From Marsupella aquatica (lineage: Eukaryota > Plantae > Marchantiophyta): DNA of 64,000 nucleotides. The stretch is from assembly GCA_973895155.1 (NCBI GenBank), contig OZ316893.1, forward strand, positions 21,622,955 through 21,686,954, written 5' to 3'. A model generated the notes under the pieces. The model was not told the origin of the DNA, ran no database searches, and saw only the letters and a program-made list of their open reading frames with translations. Numbering within the stretch: position 1 is the first letter of the stretch; every line of letters begins with the position of its first letter. Made by a program: the position numbers and the translations under genes. Shown here piece by piece: positions 41,263 to 55,600 of the stretch.

Positions 41263-43965
41263 TAGATTGGCTTTTCGCTTTCAAACTTGGCACCTTCGAG
41301 TGTTGAGCGTTCTCCTTCAGCTGCCGTAACTGGCAAGCCAAGAGTTTGTACGAAAACAGGGCACTGCACTTAAATTTTGTCAAAATGTTTGTTAAGTTTC
41401 AGACAAGGATTCGACCTTGTCTCAGGAAGGATTATTGCAGTAGAGATGGTAGACCTTAGCACTCCAGCACCTCTCCAGAAGTTGTTACCCAAAAGTCAAT
41501 CGAAAGATGTTCATGATGTCTGGTGGATTGCTGTTTCGTCGAGATGTGCCATACGACACATACTGAAAACACAGCAACACTCTGTAAAAGACTGCCCTAT
41601 TAATATTTGGAAAGTTGATCCTTTGATCCGTTGATGCTCAGAACTATATCACAGCCACCTTTTGATTTTATTCATTGTTTTATTCTGAAAATACTGGAAA
41701 TGGCCTTTGCATTGAACGCACATAGGAGTGTATGGAACTATTTTAATGTTGTAGGACAGGTTTGTCAGCGTTACTCTGAACTTATGGGCATTTGGTATCC
41801 GGATTCCTGCTTTTATCAGGTTTTCTTGTCATACAGGCCATCACGACGGCCAGGCGACACGGAATTTAGTTAGCTAGCTTGCATTGCATGCATCTTGTTC
41901 CAAGGTGTCAACATTCGTGATTCCATGCTAGATTCTAAGAAACAATATGTTGGAACCTGTCCACTTCGAGCCGGACCATACCTCTGCGACGTTGGCTTCC
42001 CCCTGGGATAATAGGAATTAGGAAGAGATTTCTGGGAGATTCCCCCCTCCCTGTTTTCGCCTACAAATAATCTTTGAATCTTCGATTGATTGGATTCTTA
42101 GCTTGCAGGGCCCGGGTACCACAGTGCCCAGGGCTTGCATCCTGATACAAGAGGCCTTACTCTTTAATGTAATTTTTGTAAGCCTACCAGAAGGCTCCAA
42201 GGCTGATAGCAGGCTCCTGATGCGACTTTTGTGTCGATGCGGCCTGGCTCTCGTTTGTACATGAAAATCGCAATCATGGAAATCTGAAATCCAATCATTA
42301 ACTTCTCAGAATCAGTAATGGATTTCACTTACAAAAAACGCCTTGGCCGTTGGGAGATGCCATCTGAGCCGACTAGGCAGTACACTGAAATCACTATCTC
42401 ACCATTTCTGGAGTGGTATAATTATGTAATAGCATGACCGTGACCACTGAACTGTACAATGCTTCTAAGAAACAAGTAGGCATGTCCGAAACTCGTCGGA
42501 CCGTCAGTAACATCATAAGTCTACTAAAGTTGCACGTGACCAATTAACATTGTAGTTTGCTGTTAGGAAGCAAGTACGAGAGGCAACAAACCTGACCATA
42601 AGTAGCTTCATAATTAGTACGTATATTGCAGTGGCATGTGACCATCAGAACTCAGGACTGTTGTATACTGTTAGAGGCAAGTACAGTAGGCAAGGAGGAA
42701 ACACATGAAAGGACCAGCATCATGATCCAACGTGCGTAGTCGTCTACATCAAAGCTGGTGGTAGGGAAGTGGTGGACAAACCTGAGTGGGCTCCTTTGCC
42801 CTACTAGAACGGTCAGCAAAAACGTTGATATCTTTGGTACTATGTGGGAGAAATATCTGCCCAGATGGTGGACAAAGAAGGCTAGAGAATCAAAGGAAAC
42901 ATTAGTTTAAATTTAAGACTGGGCGAGAGTTTCAAGAATCTAAACCTCAAGCAAAAGAATCCGGGCAATAATCTAGAAGCTGAAATCTACGGCATACATA
43001 ACAGCGGAGATACATCTGAGCAAAAATTGGGCATTGTAGGCTAAGGATCTGAAGAAATGTTAGCCTTCGAATAGGTTGAGAGTTTCAAAAAATAGATGGG
43101 AAAGAACTCGAGAAATATTGAATAAAAGACGAACTCCACGACTCTCAAAACTCCAAAGAGGTGTAACAGAAATTGGCCCAACGAAGGCTAATGGCTTTTA
43201 ACTAAGGTCTAAGCACAAGAAGGGTTAGAGCTACAAGCAACGAGGGCTGGGGTGGATAAGACGGCAGGAGCATCGAGAAGGGAGGGCAACAAGGGTGGGA
43301 AAATAGAGTGGCAGGGCAGGGCAGGGAAGGGAAGGGAAGGGAAGGGAAGGGAAGGGAAGGGAAACCTCGATAGAACATCTCCTGGGAGCTTCAACCTCAA
43401 AAATATCGTACGAATTGTTTTCCGGTAACCACATTTTCCATCTTTTTTTTCTCAGTATTACATTAGAGGATTTAACAGTAAAATATAGGAATTTCATGAG
43501 CAATCACACTGAATGTTGAGTTCTTAGCAAGCAACAGAGTCTGGCTGTCAAGAACAGACGTAACAGAACATAGTTGTAGGCAAATCTTCGAGCTTTCAGG
43601 TCGATGTCTGTCCTTCTCTCCTAAGTGTTCTACCTGATCGGAGAGCTTAAGGACGATGCTGATTGGTTGCCAGCAAGATAGCTTTCGCTTTCGATCCACA
43701 GCTGGGAAATGCACCCATCTGTCACCTGTGCTTGATGACCGGATCACAGATTCACTGTCTTCATCTTATCTGCTTCCATTCGCGATGAACAGAAATTGTG
43801 AATCGAGACACAACAAGTTTGAGAGACTCAAGATGGTGAAAGACATTCAGAGTGTATTTTCGCTCTCAACTCTCTTTATTCTATAGATGATTGAAATGAG
43901 TCCAGCATTAAACAGAAAACCCGAAGGAGTGCTCTGGGTCTCAGCATGTCATTAGTTGCCAGCCG

Positions 43966-44326
43966 TCTATTTAGACCTCAAAGCTGTTGTACTCTTGGAT
44001 TCAAACTCCTTTGTTTGACTTGGCTCAGTCCAGCCGTTACTTTAGACGGGAGGGAGTGGTCTGGGTCTAAGCCAACTGCCTCTCTACGGTAGACGTAGAA
44101 GGTTTTTAAGACAGGTTTTTAACCGAAAGAAATCTATAACGAGATCTATTTAGACCTCAAAGCTGTTGTACTCTTGGATTCAAACTCCTTTGTTTGACTT
44201 GGCTCAGTCCAGCCGTTACTTTAGACGGGAGGGAGTGGTCTGGGTCTAAGCCAACTGCCTCTCTACGGTAGACGTAGAAGGTTTTTAAGACAGGAATTTA
44301 ACCGACAGAAATCTATAACGAGATCT
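43966..44326. repeat. Near-perfect tandem duplication, 2 x 179 bp
   Basis: TCTATTTAGACCTCAAAGCTGTTGTACTC...AATCTATAACGAGA starts at 43966 and again at 44145. Confidence 0.9.
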
Positions 44327-46959
44327 GTCTAAAATTCTCTCTAGCAAGTGAGCAGATCAGAAATTTGACTGTAGACTAAACTTTCTACATCCGAACTACT
44401 GGAATCAGAACTTAGATTGTCTGAGTTATCCTGAAAACCTTCTAGGACGAAAGTGCTGCAATGCATTTTGGCGAGCAATGAATTGACATCATACTGCCCA
44501 ACATCTATAACCCTACAAAGCTTTTGTTGGTATCAAAAATATGAAACAGTGCAAAAGAACAGGAAGGCCAAACAGGGAGAGGGTACCAAAGTCAAAACAA
44601 CCCAATAAAGCTTTTCCTCTATCAACAGTAAAACAATCAATCTCAACTTGTATGTCATCAGCATTGCTTTCCCCTTTTGCAATGCGATCATGTGAAATTC
44701 ATATACTATCGACAGTGTACATGTAATCATCCAAAGTCGACCCTATCTAGAGTAAGTGTGTCACCAAAGAGCCCTGTCTTGAGCGTCACCATTTAGGTGC
44801 TTTTTGGCCTACCTGATAGGCGGTAGATCAAAAGAGAAAAGTTTCCCAAACAAACGAGAAAAGTGCCACATCAATGACGTACAGCTTTTTCAAAGTGCGG
44901 CATATCGGGGACCCACTTTCTCTCTCACCTACCTAACCTACAGGACAACAGCTAGTAATGCACATTGTGGGTTTAATAAGTCATGTCCAAAGCGTGGAAC
45001 ATAAAAAAACGCATCCTATGGTACTACGGAGTACGTTGGCCACATGACCAGCTCTCGGAAATGGAAGATGAATTAGCTGTAAGTATGCAAGTATGTTTTC
45101 AATGCAAATATAAATGTTGTATTGTAGTCCCGTCCTAAAGGAAATCTCGGCAATGCCCCTCTGCCCATGTCCATGATCTTGGCTAGGGTGACCCTTTTGG
45201 CAATGCGTACAACCCCCCCAGTAAGGCAAGGTTCGGTTAGGGGAGTCCACTAACTTATCTCCACCCTTCCTTGCTAATAAATGTTCTGGACAGGGTTCCT
45301 TGTTGCCCCCCTCCCCTCCCCCCCCCCCCCAATGACCTATGCTGGTACTGAAGTGGATCAACCACGAGGGGAGGAGTAAATTATAACAGGAGAGGGCGAA
45401 GACAAGACAGTGAAGTTAAGTAAAGATCTTGAATGAGTTTAGTGTGGCTTGTGTGGTGTTTGAAGTCACTCAAATATAAGACAAAGTAATGTATAGTAGA
45501 TTCTCTCTCTCTCTCTCTCTCAAATCCTGCAAGTGGCTTGAGAAGAAAACCCTGTGTGTTATCTTTAAATAGCTTGATCCTTCTGCATTGCACAAAAGAT
45601 ATTGAGGTGAGAAAAGATGTCAAGATGAGGAAAAGAAGTAGAGGTGAAAAAAATGCTGAGCTGAGGACTGAAAAGATGGTGAGGTGAGAAAAAGATTTAA
45701 AGATCTTTAGCCCTTTTTGAAGCCCGTTTTGAAGTAATAAATCTGGGGTGTTCTTTTTTTGTGTTTTGTTTCTTTTGGTAGTGATGGGGAAGTTAAATGG
45801 AAAGGGAAGCCAAACAACTCAAGATCTGCAAAACTGATGCTCAGATCCACCACTCCCTTGAATCTTCCAACCCAGCCTTCCAACCCAGATGAACCAGCTC
45901 ACTTTTGATCCAAAAGATGTAGATTTCTTAACAAGGAAAAGTACTATTTGAGTTCAAAAGAGGTCATATGATCCAGGTCACGCTGATCCGTCGGACTTCA
46001 GTTTTCAAGATCTATTGTTATTGTTTTTTGTACGGCATTAGGTGGGAAGCAAGAGTCTGTATCTACTGTAAGTGAAAGGAGAACTGAGGCTGCATAAAAG
46101 AGATATGGTCAAAGAGAGAGACAGAGACAGAGATCCACTACCATAAGTGTGACCTGTTGAGAGAGAAATGTACCTGAGTCTTAATTGAGTCAAGAGAATT
46201 GAAGAAGACACCAACCCAACCAAACCCAACCCAACCCAACCCAAATGATGAAGAGTGGAGAGGGTATTATGGTGAATATGTAATACACACTGGAGCAAAT
46301 TTGTAAAGGAAATGATGAACAAAACCTTCTCAGTATGCATGACACTGCTCAACATCAAGAGCATATATAACAATGCCAAAGAACAAACACTGGGTGACTC
46401 AATCCCAAAGGCAAAAACCCAAGGGAAACACAAGAGAAGAACCCAGGTTTGACAAAAATCCGAAAAACCATTGTTGGGGACTCCCCAACAATGGAAAAAA
46501 ACTAAAGTCCTACCGAGCAACAAACTGACAAGCACCATAATAAAGTTTGGGTGTAAACAGCACAAGAGGGTCAGTGTGACAGATTGCCCAAATTTTGAAG
46601 CTGCTATACAGTGAATCCACCTTTCAGATTTTGTCTTATTTAGATATTTTATGACATGTTTTTTATTTCAATGTGCCTTATCAAAGTGCAGTATTTGTGT
46701 TATTTGAATTCTTAATTAATTTTTGGACCCCTTTAATATTTGGTACCCTACAGTATTTTGAACTTAGGTTGGCAGCCCTCTTAATTTTTAATCTTTGTTA
46801 TCTCTTAGATTTCAAGTCTAAATAGTTCTCATGAGTGAGAGAAATCATTCTAAACAAGCTGGACACACCCTATCTTAAGTTCCTCTCATGCTATTCTTTC
46901 CTAGGTTTATGGTTTTTAATTGGGTGTCATTAATAAAGTTTATTGAATTAATAAGTGCA

Positions 46960-47250
46960 CAGATCCAATCATACCTTTGTGCCATAGAACTTGAGTGCAC
47001 TTCTCAGGGCTAGATCAGTTCTTGAGGGCCTGTGCAGTTTTTTGTATTGAGAGACGGCCTTTCCCCCCAGTTTTAGTCCTCACCGCCTTATTTCAGCAGC
47101 GCGTGTCTGTGGCTCTTCAACGGGCTCAGGCATTCACTCTCCTTTGTACGGTTGAGCTGTTTGTTTTAGGGCCTCCCATCAAATTTCGCTTCGTGACCCT
47201 CCTATGCGGTTTACTCCAGAGCTCTACTAGGCTTTTCAGTTCTCTGCTCA
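46960..47250 (+). mobile_element. 3' fragment of a CRE-like (restriction-like endonuclease) non-LTR retrotransposon
   Basis: Translation ..GLDQFLRACA...LFQQRVSVALQRAQAFTLL resembles the C-terminal QR(I/L)SVA(I/L)QRG(N/Q)A motif of CRE/RLE elements; the upstream part is decayed. Confidence 0.55.
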
Positions 47251-48247
47251 GTAGGGTGTTAACCTTCATGGTTCCTTTGGAGGTTACTTTTTGGCCTCAT
47301 GCCTTCTTTGGCTTGTGGTTGGGAACCCTTTGACTTGTTTTTCTTGGGACCTTTTCTCCCCTTCATTGGGTTGTTTTGCCTTAGTTTGGAATCTTGTCTC
47401 CCCGTTCTTCGTTTTCTGCCTTTGTGCAGTGTGATATATATACTTCTCACATAGAACTAGAACTTCTCATTGGTCATTATGTGTTTTTCTTTGCATGTGC
47501 TCTACTTATACAATTTTATCCCACTCACTTCCAATATGTACAATAGGTCTACTCTTATATTTGATCCTACTTACATATCACTACAAGACAAAAATCAAGC
47601 ATGTTTGTGCTACATCTCTTGCTATGCTATGCTATGCTGTCATGGCAAGCATAGCTAGACAATAGACAGATTGCCCAACATCATTGGAATCTGTGTGCCT
47701 TGGAAACCGAAAGGTGATTCACAAGAATCATTACTGTTGCTCGGTCATTAGAGGACAGGAGCACTGGAATGGAAAGGAACGGGGTTCCTTGGGCAGTACT
47801 GGGTATTGAAGATCCAAGATCCAAGATCCCAAGGCAGCAACTACCCCAATGAGCAGGATTCGTTCCATCAAGTGGCTGCTGCAGTGCAGAGCGTCTCACA
47901 GAGGTTCCCAATCTTCCTTGTCGTCATGATTGCTTGTCACAAGGGCCACACGGAACCCACTGCTGCTCTCTCCAAGACAAGATCGCCCAGAACGAGAAGA
48001 AAAGGAATAGAAGGAACCCACTGTTGCTCTTTACAAGACAAGATCGCCCAGAAAGAGAAGAAAGGAATAGAGTGCAGTAGAAGGAGACTCAAAGCAAAGC
48101 TTGGACAGTGAAGGACGACGAGAGGAGAGCAGATAAAACGTGAGGAAGGAACGAAGAGGAGAGGAGGGGGAAGAGAATTGAATCAATAAGCAGCGATTTT
48201 GGATAGTGGGTTGGAAGGAAGATCGAGGCTGGGAGCAGGCAGCAGGA

Positions 48248-51200
48248 ATGGGGGAGCTGGATGCCACATCGCTTGTTAGCGAGCTGCGTGAGTTGTTCGA
48301 TGCGGGGAAGACGAGGAGCGCGGAGTGGAGAATCGGTCAGTTGAAAGCGTTGATTCGAATGTTGTCGGAGAACGAGAAGGAGATCGCTGCTGCAGGAAAG
48401 GCGGACATGAATAGGCCCCCTTTCGAGTCCTTCACAATCGAGGTGATAGCCCACATCCGAGAATCCCTCCTCCGTCCTCCTAGAGGTCCCTCTGTCTGGC
48501 TATCCTCGATTGCCTTGTCTTGATTTCACCTACGAATCCCTTGTCTCTCCATTTCTCTGCATCGTGTTCTGTTTCCTCTGTTTCTCTTCGCTTCTCTTCT
48601 CTTCTCTTCACACTTTCACTCTATTTCTCTTCCGTCCATTTATCTTCCCGTCGCTTCAAAGGACTTGTGTTGATTTTGCACAACTTTCACTGCAATTTTG
48701 TCTGTTTGCTTATTTCTTCTCTTCTCTTCTCTTCTCTTCTCTTCTCTTCTCTTCTCTTCTCTTCTCTTCACACCAGCCTTTTCCCTCTGTTTCTCGTCTC
48801 TCTATTTCTCTTCCCGTCCCTATTCCTCGTTTCAAGGGATTTGTTTGGAAAATACACGACTACTCCCTTTCTACACTTGTCGTTTCTCTTTTGCTCGTCT
48901 CTTGTGTTACTCTTTCACGTCGATTCCACCTGACCTGCCTGCCATCTCTTCTTCGACTGCAGTGCGTCGCAATATTGGATTCAGCCAAGTATGCGTTGGC
49001 GAATGTGAAGAAGTGGATGGCACCGCAAAAGGTAACGTGTCAAATCTTATCTCATGCTACAACGGGTCGGAGATCGGTGGACGTTATTCTGGTGTTCTTC
49101 CATTCTCATGACCTCACAAACTTCAGGCTTTTGAGCAAGATTCTTGCCTCGAAATAGGAACTTGTCAATCACCGCATGCTGGGCCCCGGTCCTTGCGGGG
49201 ATGGTTGTTGTGCAGCTTCGGATTTGGTTAGCTGCAGTTTGGCAAGCATGGTGTTTTGCCTCGTCGAGTGATGGTGGCAATGGCAGTTATAGTCTTACTG
49301 GTAGCTCCAACTCTGCAACCTGGAGGCATGACACGGCATTTCGTTTTGCAGATGCCGACCGTGCTGTTCGCTAAGCCAGCCTCAGCTGCGATAATTCCAG
49401 AGCCGCTGGGTGTCGTACTCATCATCTCTCCATGGAACTTCCCTTTCCGTGAGTGCTTCGTTTCGTGTACATGCATCGTGGTCTATACAGTGAAAGGCTG
49501 TTCCTTGTTTGCTGGTATTGGGTGCTGCCGAGTTCTTCTTATCTCTGTTCTTCTTGGAAGCCAAGTCACTGGGCGGCAAAGTGCTAAATATTTCCAGCCC
49601 AAGGGAGTGGATGGTCAGGAGTGAAGCATCCTCAATAACTGGGCAGGCAGGGATTCCGCTCACTAAATAGGCAGGGTGGAATTGTACTTCACAGATGGGT
49701 ATCGAGAGAATTGTGCGTTTAGAAGTTTAGGAACGGATCCTAGTTTCGGAAGAATTAGACTCACTTGATGAGCATGGAGGGATTGTCCTCACTAGATGCA
49801 GGGATTATGCTCACTAAGCTAGTCAGGGAAGGATTTTGCTACCTACAGTAGGTGGGCAAGGTGGAATTATACTCACGAGATGAGCATGGGGGCACCGTTC
49901 TCACTACATTAGCAAAGGAGGATTATTCTCACTAGTTGGGCATGGAGTGAAAGGAGGAACTACTCTCAGTAGATGGGCCCAGACGTGGGAACTATGTCTC
50001 TGCTGCAGAGGAAAATCTTTGGTATATGCGCCTTTGAATTTAAAGGCTGTGCGACCGATGCCTTTGGATGTCTGGTTCTATCTTGCAAAATGCGAGTTGA
50101 TGTTTGGGACTTAACCTTGCGAGCTCATCTCTTTCTGGTGCAGTTCTGTCGTTCGATCCCATGATCGGTGCGATTGCGGCGGGCAATGCAATAGTGCTGA
50201 AGCCATCAGAGCTGGCCCCTGCATCCTCGGCTTTATTGGCCAAGCTCATTCCCTTATATTTGGACCCGAGCACAATTCGAGTCGTCGAAGGCGGAGTATC
50301 AGAGACGACTGCTCTACTGGAGCAGGCATGGGATAAGATCTTCTATACAGGTTTATATTTTTCTTTCAAGTTGTACATGAATTTAGTTAATTGAAACAAT
50401 AAAGTGGGAATTTTATTCGTTTCATTTTAATTGAATGAATTTGTATTCACTATTTGTAATTATTATCCGTTCTGGCTATTACTATACTGAATGAATTTTA
50501 ATGAGCTTGCCAATATCCTGAAGGCTCTGTTATGTGCCTCTGCAGGAGGCTCCAGGGTCGGGAAAATTGTCTTGACAGCTGCAGCGAAGCATCTGACTCC
50601 CTGCGTTCTGGAGTTGGGTGGAAAGTCACCCTGTTTTGTTGATTCCACGGGAGATTTAGACGTAAGACTTTTGTTGTACAAGTGTTTTTCAGAGGCTGGA
50701 ATAACTTGTACACTTCGGTAGCCTTTGTTGCAGTGTGAATGGCTGCTGTGTCAAATGCACTTAGGTGACGAGGCTGATTGCAGGACTAATTGTTGAGTTT
50801 TGTCCATAACTGTGCTGTGGTTGATGAACTGAAGGTTGTGGCAAGACGAATTGTTTGGGGAAAGTATGCGAGTAACGATGGACAAGCTTGTATAGCGCCA
50901 GACTACGTCCTAGCGGAAGAATCCATTGTGCCCAAGCTTGTGAGTGTACACCACTACCGCATTGCCTTGAAACTATGGAGCTTTAGTAGGCCTGGCTGTA
51001 GGGAAATCAATTGGAGAAACAGAAATGGTACCGGCATTTCAACTTTTTCCAGTAGGGTGTGGAGTTCTGAACTGATTCTGTCTTAGCTATCTCGTGATTT
51101 TCTTGCATTGTATTTGACCTGTTTAGTCGGCGCTGTCCCTTTTACTAAGGTTGCTTCTGTATGATTGCCTTATGCAGATTACAAAATTCAAGGAAGCACT

Positions 51201-52630
51201 CAAAGGATTCTATGGAGAGGATCCCTTCAATAGTCCAGACATATCTCGTGTGATTAACAATATGCACTTTCAGCGCCTTTGTGGGTTACTGAATCATGAG
51301 AGTACAGTGGAAAAAGTTGTACATGGTGGGCAGGTTAATGAGAAGGAACTGTAAGTACTTTATTTTTGGCCATTACATGTTCAGTAGGCCTTTGAAATGA
51401 ATGAATTCGCTTGTCATCTTGTCATACAGTGAGCATGCTAATGGATGGGCAGATCCAACGTTTTATAACAAATTGAAAAATTCTCTCCTTATTTCTGTTT
51501 GTTTTAGGTATATCGCGCCGACTATTATTCTGGACCCTCCCCTGGATGCGCCAGTTATGCAGGAAGAAATATTCGGCCCGTTGTTGGTCATCATCACTGT
51601 AAGTTCTGCTCTTTCTGTTTACTTGCTGAGTTTTCTCACCTGTAAGTTATGGATTTCATATAGTTCTTCTGTCGATACTTGGCCTGGTTTCATCTAATTG
51701 TACTTGTTGGAATGAATGACTTTTAAGATGTCGTTGAAACGGATGAACGATTGGTGCAAACATTCACCTAGATTAGATGTGCTCTTACTTTTATCAAGTT
51801 CTAAGGGTAGATATTGATCAGTGATGCTGAGGAGATTCCTGGACCAGAGGACTTTTTGTGTTTATAAATAGCGTGTGCCTGATCGAACGACTTAATTCCT
51901 TGGTGAAATTCATGGACTACCCCATTGCGTTCCCATTTATTGGAAAATTTTCTGGTTCTGGAATAGTGTCAAGGCCAACTTGGTATCTAATCTCCGGGTT
52001 TGTGGATTTTTTTTCAGGTCAAGAACGTTAATGAGGCGATCAAAGTCATCCGAGCTGGGCCCAAACCATTGGCCCTGTATATATTTTCGACGAACAATAG
52101 TGTGGTGGAGCAAATACTGGAAAAGACTTCATCTGGAGGAGTGACTGTCAATGATTGTCTGATGCATGTATGTTCTCAACTTAGTTATCTTTTGTGCTCT
52201 ACGACCTCTCCCATTAGGATTGAATAACTTGATAATGAGCTAACTTTCCATACGTTGAACAATTTTCCCTTTCAAACCTTGCCAAACTAGTCAGCCGAGA
52301 TGTGTTACTATCCCTAAAATTTTGTAGTTTTGCTTCGGAATGGTAAGTGCTGCAGGAGGTTCCTCTAATCCTAACTGTTTTGATTTTTTTTCACAGTTCT
52401 TACAACCAGACCTACCCTTTGGAGGTGTGGGAAACAGTGGATACGGAGGCTATCATGGAAAGTACTCTTTCGATGAATTCAGTCACAAGAAGGGAGTCTT
52501 GTACCGGCATTTCTATGGAGACTTGCCCATTAGGTATCCCCCCTATACCGCTAAGAAACAGAAAATCGTACGGGCCTTCATGGGTGGCAGCTTATTCAAT
52601 CTGATTCTCACACTTTTAGGTTTCAGATAA
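48248..52630 (+). CDS. ALDH3: Aldehyde dehydrogenase family 3 (ALDH3H/3I-like), 10 exons, 478 aa
   Basis: Exons 48248-48442, 48963-49031, 49352-49448, 50144-50350, 50546-50661, 50835-50939, 51178-51350, 51508-51598, 52018-52167, 52397-52630 (1437 nt, GT-AG). Motifs [44 protein letters not shown] (catalytic Cys), [24 protein letters not shown]. Confidence 0.95.
48714..48768. repeat. (TCTTC)n microsatellite in ALDH intron 1
   Basis: Read directly from the sequence. Confidence 0.9.
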
Positions 52631-55600
52631 ATTGTTTGGTATCCGGCAATAGGCACAGTTCACTTCAGAAACAGATGGCGGAATAGGAGAAGCCTGTTTC
52701 AGACGCCTCCCTGATATATTAAAGTCCTGGCGATATTTATGTAAGTCCCTGCGACCAGGTGGGAGCACGTCAGCTTGTATAGATGTATTTGATCGTGCAT
52801 TTGAATTATCTGCCCACAAGGGCAGTCAAGGAAATATTTGCCCATTCAGGGAGTACAGTGTAGTCTTTTGTTATTGTTCACTCGGTGTGCACTTGCTGGA
52901 ATTTATTTATTCTGTTCACGTGCCTTCTCTGGCTTTGTGCGGGCTTCGAAAGCTGGTCTCTGGACATAGTTTGTGTTTCCTGATAAGCCATTAGTTGGTT
53001 GGAATTATTGCACACAAGCTCAAGTGTATGAGCTGTCTGTCACCCACAAGCAATTGTCGTGGAAACAAGACTTACAGCACTCTGAGCTTCACAGAAAATT
53101 TCTATAACGTTTCGACGAAGCCAACATCGTATACCATATTGCTTAGGCACTGACCATGTACTCCGTGTATATGACGGAAATGTACCAGATGTCTGATGTC
53201 AAACATGTCGAGAGTTTACTTCCATGATTTGTCTTTTATTTATCCGGTTCTGAGACTCTGGACTGGCCATACAACATCTCCCTACATAGGTGGTACGCTT
53301 CCTTCTTCAAGTTCTGGGCTGTGGATGTATGTCCAATTCTCAGTCTTTCCGACTTCTCTGGACATTTGACTTTGGGCAGGCGTAAGTTCATTAACCTGAG
53401 AGGGGTTGACTAACTTATCCTAGGCAATCTTCGAGCACCAAAGACACCCTCGAAGTCGCCACGAGGTCAATGATTTGGAAAGTGCTTTATATTCGTCATT
53501 CACGTAAGCCTTATCAGAGCTGGGCCTTTATACTTTAGTTTTATTGCCTCGGAATATTTTTTAGTCAACAAAAACAAAACGGCAGCCCCACGCGGCCTAG
53601 CTGGGGCTCTGTTGGGATGACAGCAGCGTGTTTTTCCGTCTAAAGAACGTGAACTCGTGGTCTTCACGGTTCTTGAAAAGAGGCCGCAGCCGACAACTTT
53701 TGCCACCGTCGTGTTGAGTGGCCTCCGTGAAGGATCGGCATGTTCTTGGTGCTGGAAGATTGGTCTCATATGCGCATCGTGTTGACTGTTTGCCTGAGCA
53801 CAATCCAATCATTATACTGTATACCACAATAGTCTACTTTCCGCGTGTGGGAATTGATGAAAGTGCGCAATTACTTGAACAAAAAGGAAGTGCTTGACCT
53901 TCAAGACGATGCCAGTTTGAGTGAATCCCTTAGTTTTCTCGCTGATATGGGCTTTTCCTGTGTGCCCTCACGATCTGGGAAGTGACTCCACTATTAGTTT
54001 GTGGATCAGGATCTAGCAGAGTTTAAATCTGTTGAGAACCGTTTCCGGCAATTTCTTTATGAAGGATTGTGACTTCATGTTCCATTTCAGAGCTTCATTT
54101 GCAGAGCATGTTTGGTGCCATCTCTAGTCGCATCTATTCAAAGTGTGAGCTAACCATATCCCCAACGATTTCCTGGCACTTGAAGATCGCTGTAGCATCT
54201 TATTCAGTGCTAGGATGTCCACACTCATTGGTGAATTCAACAAGGCCCTTTTATCAACCAACCCAGTTTCTCTGTTCTTGACAGGAAAATATTGAGAACA
54301 TGTACCATTTTTCAAAACACATCCTTTGTATATAAGAGTTCTAGCCAACAACAACCTCATTCAATTTGAAGGCAATGTACACACACTTTTGAAGAAATGT
54401 CAAACTTCCCCACAACCTCGTTTCTCGATCCACTCTGGAGTAACTCCATTTGTATCTGTCGTAGGAAAAAAGAATACAAACATAGGGATTATATCAAGAA
54501 TCAAAGGAGGAAGTTTATTTTTAAGGAGATGACTGACAGTTCCATCCCACTTGTGACGAAGCTGTGAATCTCAAACCTCAATCCCACCTCGAGCAAAAGC
54601 TGATGATCAATCGACTCAGATAAGGACACAGGGGCACCCACAGTCCATGAAGCAAAATCTAAAATTACAATCCACATATGGAGCAAGTGCTTACAAACTT
54701 ATTCCCTACCCCCGTGAGCATGGGCCAGGGCCTTAGTTTGTTTCAACCAAAGTATCAAATTATTAAAAACTTAATTTACTGTCTAGGCTATCTAATGAGT
54801 TACTAGGTAATTCACTGCATCCACTATCAGACATGGTTCATCAAACACTATACTATCCAATCCTTCCCATTCTGGAGTATAGTCTATTGATGAAACAAGT
54901 CTAACTGCTCATTCCTTGAATGACATTAGAGTGATAACAAAAATCAGCATGCATGATCATTTTGACATACCATTCAACATCTTATTCTGCTCTCCATCGA
55001 CATAGATTTGGTGGGGCCCTAGAGTTACGGTTTAGAGGCTTCACTCTAGAAGCCCGGACCCAAACTCTAGCTTCTGTTCACAAAGTAGTAATAAGATGCC
55101 ATCTGGGCGGGAAAGCAATCATGGCTATTCACTGGAAAAATGGATTTTTTGGCAACGTTTGTTTCGCCAAAACACCTCCCCATGCCCCCTCCTGCCTCCA
55201 GCTGCCCCCTCCGCCTTGCCATCTATGCCTCAACCTTATCCTCTGTGCATCACCTGCCACCTTTGCATCACCCTTTGTGCCTTGCCCTTGCTATCCGTGC
55301 CTTGCCCTCAATAATCATGCACTGCATGGGCAGCAAGCATGTTTTAATAAATGGGAGAAAAGCACCAGGCAAAGTTTGAGATTTGGCCACATTATGGATG
55401 TGGCCAAATCAGGGTGAGTAGACTGTTATGTAGGCCCTGATCCAGGCTGAGCTGAGCCTGGTCTGGCAATTAAATTTTGGGACTCAAATAGGGGCTGAAC
55501 CTGTTGAACTTCATCTGAATGTGCTTTGCAGAAAATCACCGGACAATTCTATTGAAGCATAATGAGACAACTTCAAGAATGCAAACTTTGAGTTTCACAC

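Noticed and set aside
48510-49157. 215-aa and overlapping ORFs in ALDH intron 1
   Set aside because: They are open because of pyrimidine-rich microsatellite sequence; only 48963-49031 is a real exon.
49620-49975. Spaced repeats (CTCACTA..TGGGCA..GGATT) in ALDH intron 3, superficially array-like
   Set aside because: Degenerate minisatellite without unique spacers, in a eukaryotic intron; not CRISPR.
50870-50895. ALDH3 NDGQAC instead of the more usual N(N/C/S)GQxC
   Set aside because: The position is variable; the catalytic Cys and Glu are intact.
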